Shown here one piece after another: positions 58,804 through 64,000 of a DNA stretch of 64,000 bases. Source of the DNA: Podarcis melisellensis (Eukaryota); assembly GCA_964234715.1 (NCBI GenBank), contig OZ174277.1. One strand, written 5' to 3'. A model generated the notes under the pieces. The model was not told where the DNA came from, ran no database searches, and saw nothing but the letters and a program-made list of their open reading frames with translations. A program made the translations under genes and the position numbers. The stretch's first letter is position 1; the number at the start of each line of letters is the position of its first letter.

Positions 58804-61253
58804 CCAAACATGACTGACCAGTGCTTTTTTCAGGGGGGGATGCAGGGGTATGCACACTCCTAAACATTTTGTGAATCCAAGTTTGGCCTCATGGAAGGGC
58901 AGTATTTCAATATGAGTAGGGAAACGAGAATATGCATTGGCAAAATTGATGTGGCCTGATCTTCTGAGCTGCTGCCCTGAGGAAGTAGGAGGCATGCACT
59001 TCTGCAACATCCATCATTTCAAGGATGTGGCTTGCATGGCAGAGGTTCTTCAAGAAATATGCCACCCTAGTTTAAGAACATAGGAAGAGCCCTTTTGAAT
59101 CAGACTAAAGGCTGATTCAACAAGATATCTATGGGAAGCCTATGAGTAAGACATGAGGAAAATGCCTCCCCCCCCCCCGTTATTTCACATACAAACTGAA
59201 GTTTGTATGTAGCCAACATGAATACTAGTCGCTGAATTTTGTCTCAGAGTAGAATGCATTCCTTACATGGACCACACAGCATGCTTTGATACAATCTTTC
59301 TTTCCAGATCAATTCCCTCTACTGTTAGGGAATTCTGCTTCTTAACATCAGTTGCTGATAACCACAGGAGGGCAGAGTGCTCTTGTTCCTGGATGCTGTT
59401 TGTGGGCTTCCCATAAGCATCTGGTTGGCCACTGTCAGTACAGAATGCTGGACTAGATGAGCCGTTGGCCATTGGCCTGGTCGAGCAGGCTCTTGTTATA
59501 TTCCTATAAGTTCAACCTTTCCTCACCTGCTGAAAAGGGAACTTTATTTGTCCAGTTCATGGTTTGTTTGGCATCTGGTCCTTCCTAGCAGCCTATACTC
59601 ACTTTTCTGGAAGTAAAACAGCAATCCTAATACCATTTCCCCAGGTATAAACCCCACTGATTTCAACAGGAGTTACTTTTGAGTAAGCATGGTTGGGATT
59701 GACTGAAGATAGATGGAATTTACTTTTGAGTAGATATTGGATTATGTTGTTAATCTCCCTGCCTGCAATCCTATTTTCAAAGAAATTAGGCAGGGATTAC
59801 TCACTGCTGTTTTTTGGCAGAAAAGTAATATTGATTAAAAAAAATTGCTCTGCAATGACCAACTGGTTTTGACAATAAGCTATTATATGCGGTGTATCTA
59901 TTTTTACATCCCTAGCTGTGGCAAACGTTTTTGTTTTGTTTTGATATTTTGCTACTGATGAGATTTTGCTTCTGATGAGAGAGGCTGAAATATGTCTAAA
60001 GCAGACCCTCTCCCAATCCATAGATATGGAAGTCACCCATAGTGAGAAGCATTGATTCTTTATTTCCCTTACAAATGTTCACTAGCTGCATTGTGATTTC
60101 CTGTAGCTATGTTTATGCTTGTCGTTTGAGAAACAGTATAGCATTGCTTCTGGAGTTATGCTTTTATAGCATGGGTGCCTTAAAACACGTTAGGAAGGTA
60201 GAAATGCTGCCTTAAAGTCAGGGACTGGGATTCCTGAATTCCCCTCCCCCTTCCCATGCACACCCTCCTTCTTCACTGCCAACTAAAACAGAGACTTTGG
60301 AAGCAATGCTTTTAGTACAGTTACTGTATATTAATGCTATTCCTAAGATTGCAATACATTATCAGCATGCCTCTTGCATAATACATTTTCCCCTCACTTA
60401 AAAATGACAGGCTTTCATGAAAGACCATTTTATTTAAATGCAAGTCATTACATTTAAACAAATGTCGCCTAGAAGTAAAACGTCTGTGTGTTCTGATGTG
60501 ATGCGCACCATTTTATAATAAGAATGAACATGTGGAAACCAAGTGAATTCACAGTGTTTATGCGTCTTTATTTGAAAAATACTGCTTTGGTGCCCACTGT
60601 TTTTCACTCCCTCAATGCTGCTTCAGTCACAGAGGGACGTCAGCCCTACTCAGGCATTATCCACTGGGGTTAAACAACTTGTGTATGGCTCGCAGGACTG
60701 CGCACGCAGCTGCCGCTGCTCCACATCTGCATCCCAGCCACCTCCACTTTTGACCATTGGACTTTTATCACAAGGCCTGAAGGGTTCACCTAACCACATT
60801 CTGCTAGACATGATTAGAAGCACCCCCATGACCGAGAACCTTGATTGCAAAGGGTCCCTGGTCACAGGGAGACTTCTAATGTAGCCAAATGCAACTGAAA
60901 GCCCCCTTCAGGCTTTGGGAGAAATGTGCAAAGGTCCGAAGAGGAGACAGTGTTAGGGAGCGGGGTGCAGCCAGTGTGCAGAATCCCACAGCCCCTGTGC
61001 AAGTTAATTCACTCTCGTTCTATGCCTGAGCACATTCAATGTATACACACAAAGGTGAACTCTATTTATACACAATACTCATGTACTCACACTATATACA
61101 TACATACCTTTCTGAAATAGATGGTCTAGTGTAAACTGTGCCTTTGATAATGCTGCTTAGTCTCATCTTGGCTGAAACTTTTCCCAACCAAAAGCGCACA
61201 GCCATTTCTGTCCCTAAACCTGTGTCATGATTAAGGCTGGGCTGGTTTTACCT

Positions 61254-61857
61254 NNNNNNNNNNNNNNNNNNNNNNNNNNNNNNNNNNNNNNNNNNNNNNN
61301 NNNNNNNNNNNNNNNNNNNNNNNNNNNNNNNNNNNNNNNNNNNNNNNNNNNNNNNNNNNNNNNNNNNNNNNNNNNNNNNNNNNNNNNNNNNNNNNNNNNN
61401 NNNNNNNNNNNNNNNNNNNNNNNNNNNNNNNNNNNNNNNNNNNNNNNNNNNNNNNNNNNNNNNNNNNNNNNNNNNNNNNNNNNNNNNNNNNNNNNNNNNN
61501 NNNNNNNNNNNNNNNNNNNNNNNNNNNNNNNNNNNNNNNNNNNNNNNNNNNNNNNNNNNNNNNNNNNNNNNNNNNNNNNNNNNNNNNNNNNNNNNNNNNN
61601 NNNNNNNNNNNNNNNNNNNNNNNNNNNNNNNNNNNNNNNNNNNNNNNNNNNNNNNNNNNNNNNNNNNNNNNNNNNNNNNNNNNNNNNNNNNNNNNNNNNN
61701 NNNNNNNNNNNNNNNNNNNNNNNNNNNNNNNNNNNNNNNNNNNNNNNNNNNNNNNNNNNNNNNNNNNNNNNNNNNNNNNNNNNNNNNNNNNNNNNNNNNN
61801 NNNNNNNNNNNNNNNNNNNNNNNNNNNNNNNNNNNNNNNNNNNNNNNNNNNNNNNNN
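61254..61857. other. Assembly gap (604 N)
   Basis: Run of N. Confidence 1.
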
Positions 61858-62296
61858 AGCTGCAATCACCAGGTGGAGAGGCAAGGCATTATAAGGGCAT
61901 GTGTAAGCTTGTTTACATCAGAGATGCACCCAGCTTTTAATAGTTGTTTTGATATGCTTAATAAGGATGAAGGATACATCATGCTGAATCTTTTGTTCCT
62001 TTTTTGATATTGTACTCCCTACTCCATGCAACTTAAGTTGTTGTTCCACTGCAAATTCCACTGTCAGCAACTCTACTCCAATAAGGGAATTTATTGCTGC
62101 CTCTGGGTCTATAATGTATTTGGTTTCCAGATGGGATATTTGGGCTGGCTGACATTGCTGTCTGTGACATTAGCTGCAAGGACGATGTTGATTGTTTTGA
62201 CTGTATAATAATGATCAATGCTCCATTTGCACCAAATCTTTAAATAGCAAAATCCACTGGCCTGGTTTGCCAACAGAGAATGGTACGCAATCTGTA

Positions 62297-62538
62297 CAGT
62301 GGTACCTCTGGTTACGTACTTAATTCGTTCTGGAGGTCTGTTCTTAACCTGAAACTGTTCTTAACCTGAAGCTCCACTTTAGCTAATGGGGTCTCCCGCT
62401 GCTGCTGTGCCACCGGAGCACGATTTCTGTTCTCATCCTGAAGCAAAGTTCTTAACCCGAGGTACTATTTCTGGGTTAGCAGAGTCTGTAACCTGACGTG
62501 TATGTCACCTGAAGCATATGTATCCCAAAGTACCACTG
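62297..62538. mobile_element. Tc1/Mariner-type MITE
   Basis: Colinear with 17885-18124; right TSD mutated to ca. Confidence 0.88.
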
Positions 62539-64000
62539 CATTTCAGAAATCCCTGTGCCCATGCTAGGGTGATGGCTAGAGTGATGAATTTAACTATGGG
62601 CAATCCAAATACAAATCTGGCTGTGACTAAGTTATTTTGCTTCAGCCTAACCTACCTCATAAAGTTTTGTGAAGCTAAAATAGTGTCGATTTCTGTGGAG
62701 GAAGGGTGAGATCCCAACCTATGATAAACAAATGTGTTTGCACACTGATGCTTTACAGCAACCATTGCCAACTTGGTGCCATCCAGATCTTTTGAACTAC
62801 AGCTCCTATCAGCCATGCTGGCTGGGGTGATGGGAACTGCAGCCCAAAGCATCTGAGAGGCACCAGGTTGTTGAAAGCTGCTTTAGGCAGTGATATTCTT
62901 CTAAAGAAGTGCCAGAACTCACCACAAACACCTCCCTCGTTCTCTTAGAATGGCAATGGCACCCACCTGACGGAAAATGAGTTCTGGCTGAAAAAAATGC
63001 CCTGATTTTAGGTCTATAACACCCAGATGTCTTGTATCAGCTCTAAACATGCCTTCTCAGAATAGGGCCACTGAGTTCATTGGGATTTAGGTATGTATAG
63101 TTTAGTGTGTTTAAATTTGTAGCTGGGCAGAGTGATCCAAACAATAAGGGGAGGAAGCGTGAAAGATGGATGATCTGCTTTCTTCCAGTGGCTTGGGCTT
63201 TTGTGTGTGTGTGTGTGGAAAGAATGGGGAACCAGCTCCAGTTTCAGGGCCTGTATATGCTTTCTCCTGTTTCAGGGGTGTGTTGGGGGAATGGGAAAGC
63301 TATGGAGACTTTGATCCAATCCTTCCCCTAGCATGCCCACCTTTTACCTCTACTGAAGTCAAGAGTTCCAAGGTCAGTAAGGAAGGTCTGCGGACGTTTC
63401 TGCAGTGGTGAACAAAGACCTTTAGGATCACATCTCTATGCTTGTCCACCCTTCACTTATCCCATGCCTAGAAAGCATGGGTCAGATCAGTTTTCCACTT
63501 ATTCCGTGCTTTATAAGGCAGTTTTCCATTTGCTCTGCCACTTTCCCTGGGAAAACCCATCTCTTTACCACTGAATCAGAGCAAATGTCATTCCATGGAA
63601 AACCTGATTGACAGCTGCTGTGATTCAAAGGTAAAGAATGGGTTTTCCCAGGGAAAAGCGGCAGTGGCAGTGGAGACAAGATCTCCGAGGAGTTCTCTTT
63701 CATTTTCTGTAGTAGCTTCTTGAATGGAATACCTTCCCCTCTGAAGTCTGTCTAGTACCAGCTTCGGCTCAGTTTCAGCATTAGGTTAAGACTTAGCTAT
63801 TTTCTGTGGCGCTTATGAAACTGTTCACTGTGAAATAATTGGGGTATCAGCCACTGTGCGTTATTGTTGTCTTCCATTCTTGTTTTATTTATGTAATTTT
63901 TTAAATGTATTCTTGCATCCTACCCTGAGAGCAATTTGATAGAGGGAATGTTATTAATATTTTAATAAATAAATAACTATCCCTTAGCCACAAAAGCGGT

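Noticed and set aside
61227-61940. 205-237 aa ORFs in the track
   Set aside because: Artefacts of translating the N gap.

Overview
Vertebrate genomic DNA from a squamate reptile, probably a lacertid lizard (Sauria SINEs, BovB, CR1/L2, Mariner and hAT MITEs). The window lies inside ADGRB3 (BAI3), transcribed on the minus strand. Two coding exons are fully visible (6283-6386, TM1; 1920-2022, ICL1/TM2). The GPS/Stachel exon is almost entirely hidden in the 140-N gap, but its acceptor and first 10 nt are readable at 8129-8140. Everything from 8139 to 64000 appears to be one very large intron. Main points: (1) A CpG island just upstream of the GPS exon contains a Kozak-perfect 120-codon ORF ending at a phase-2 splice donor that is in frame with the GPS exon, plus a split REST/RE1 site. 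This is a candidate alternative promoter for an N-terminally truncated receptor. (2) An intact, very young 5.5-kb chromovirus-type Ty3/Gypsy element (LTRs 407/408 identical, CTATT TSD) has a Tf1-type 11-nt self-primer and a frameshift pseudoknot. Its integrase has a degenerate chromodomain followed by two acidic FxGF-type motifs resembling LEDGF/TFIIS-N-domain-interacting motifs, a possible lentivirus-like targeting strategy, and its pol ORF runs about 100 codons into the 3' LTR. (3) Two copies of a non-LTR 5' region fold into an HDV-like ribozyme with an unusual hairpin inserted in L3. (4) A full-length, non-coding 1.7-kb L1-dependent retroelement has an 18-bp TSD. Family names and human exon sizes are from memory and were not checked by search.
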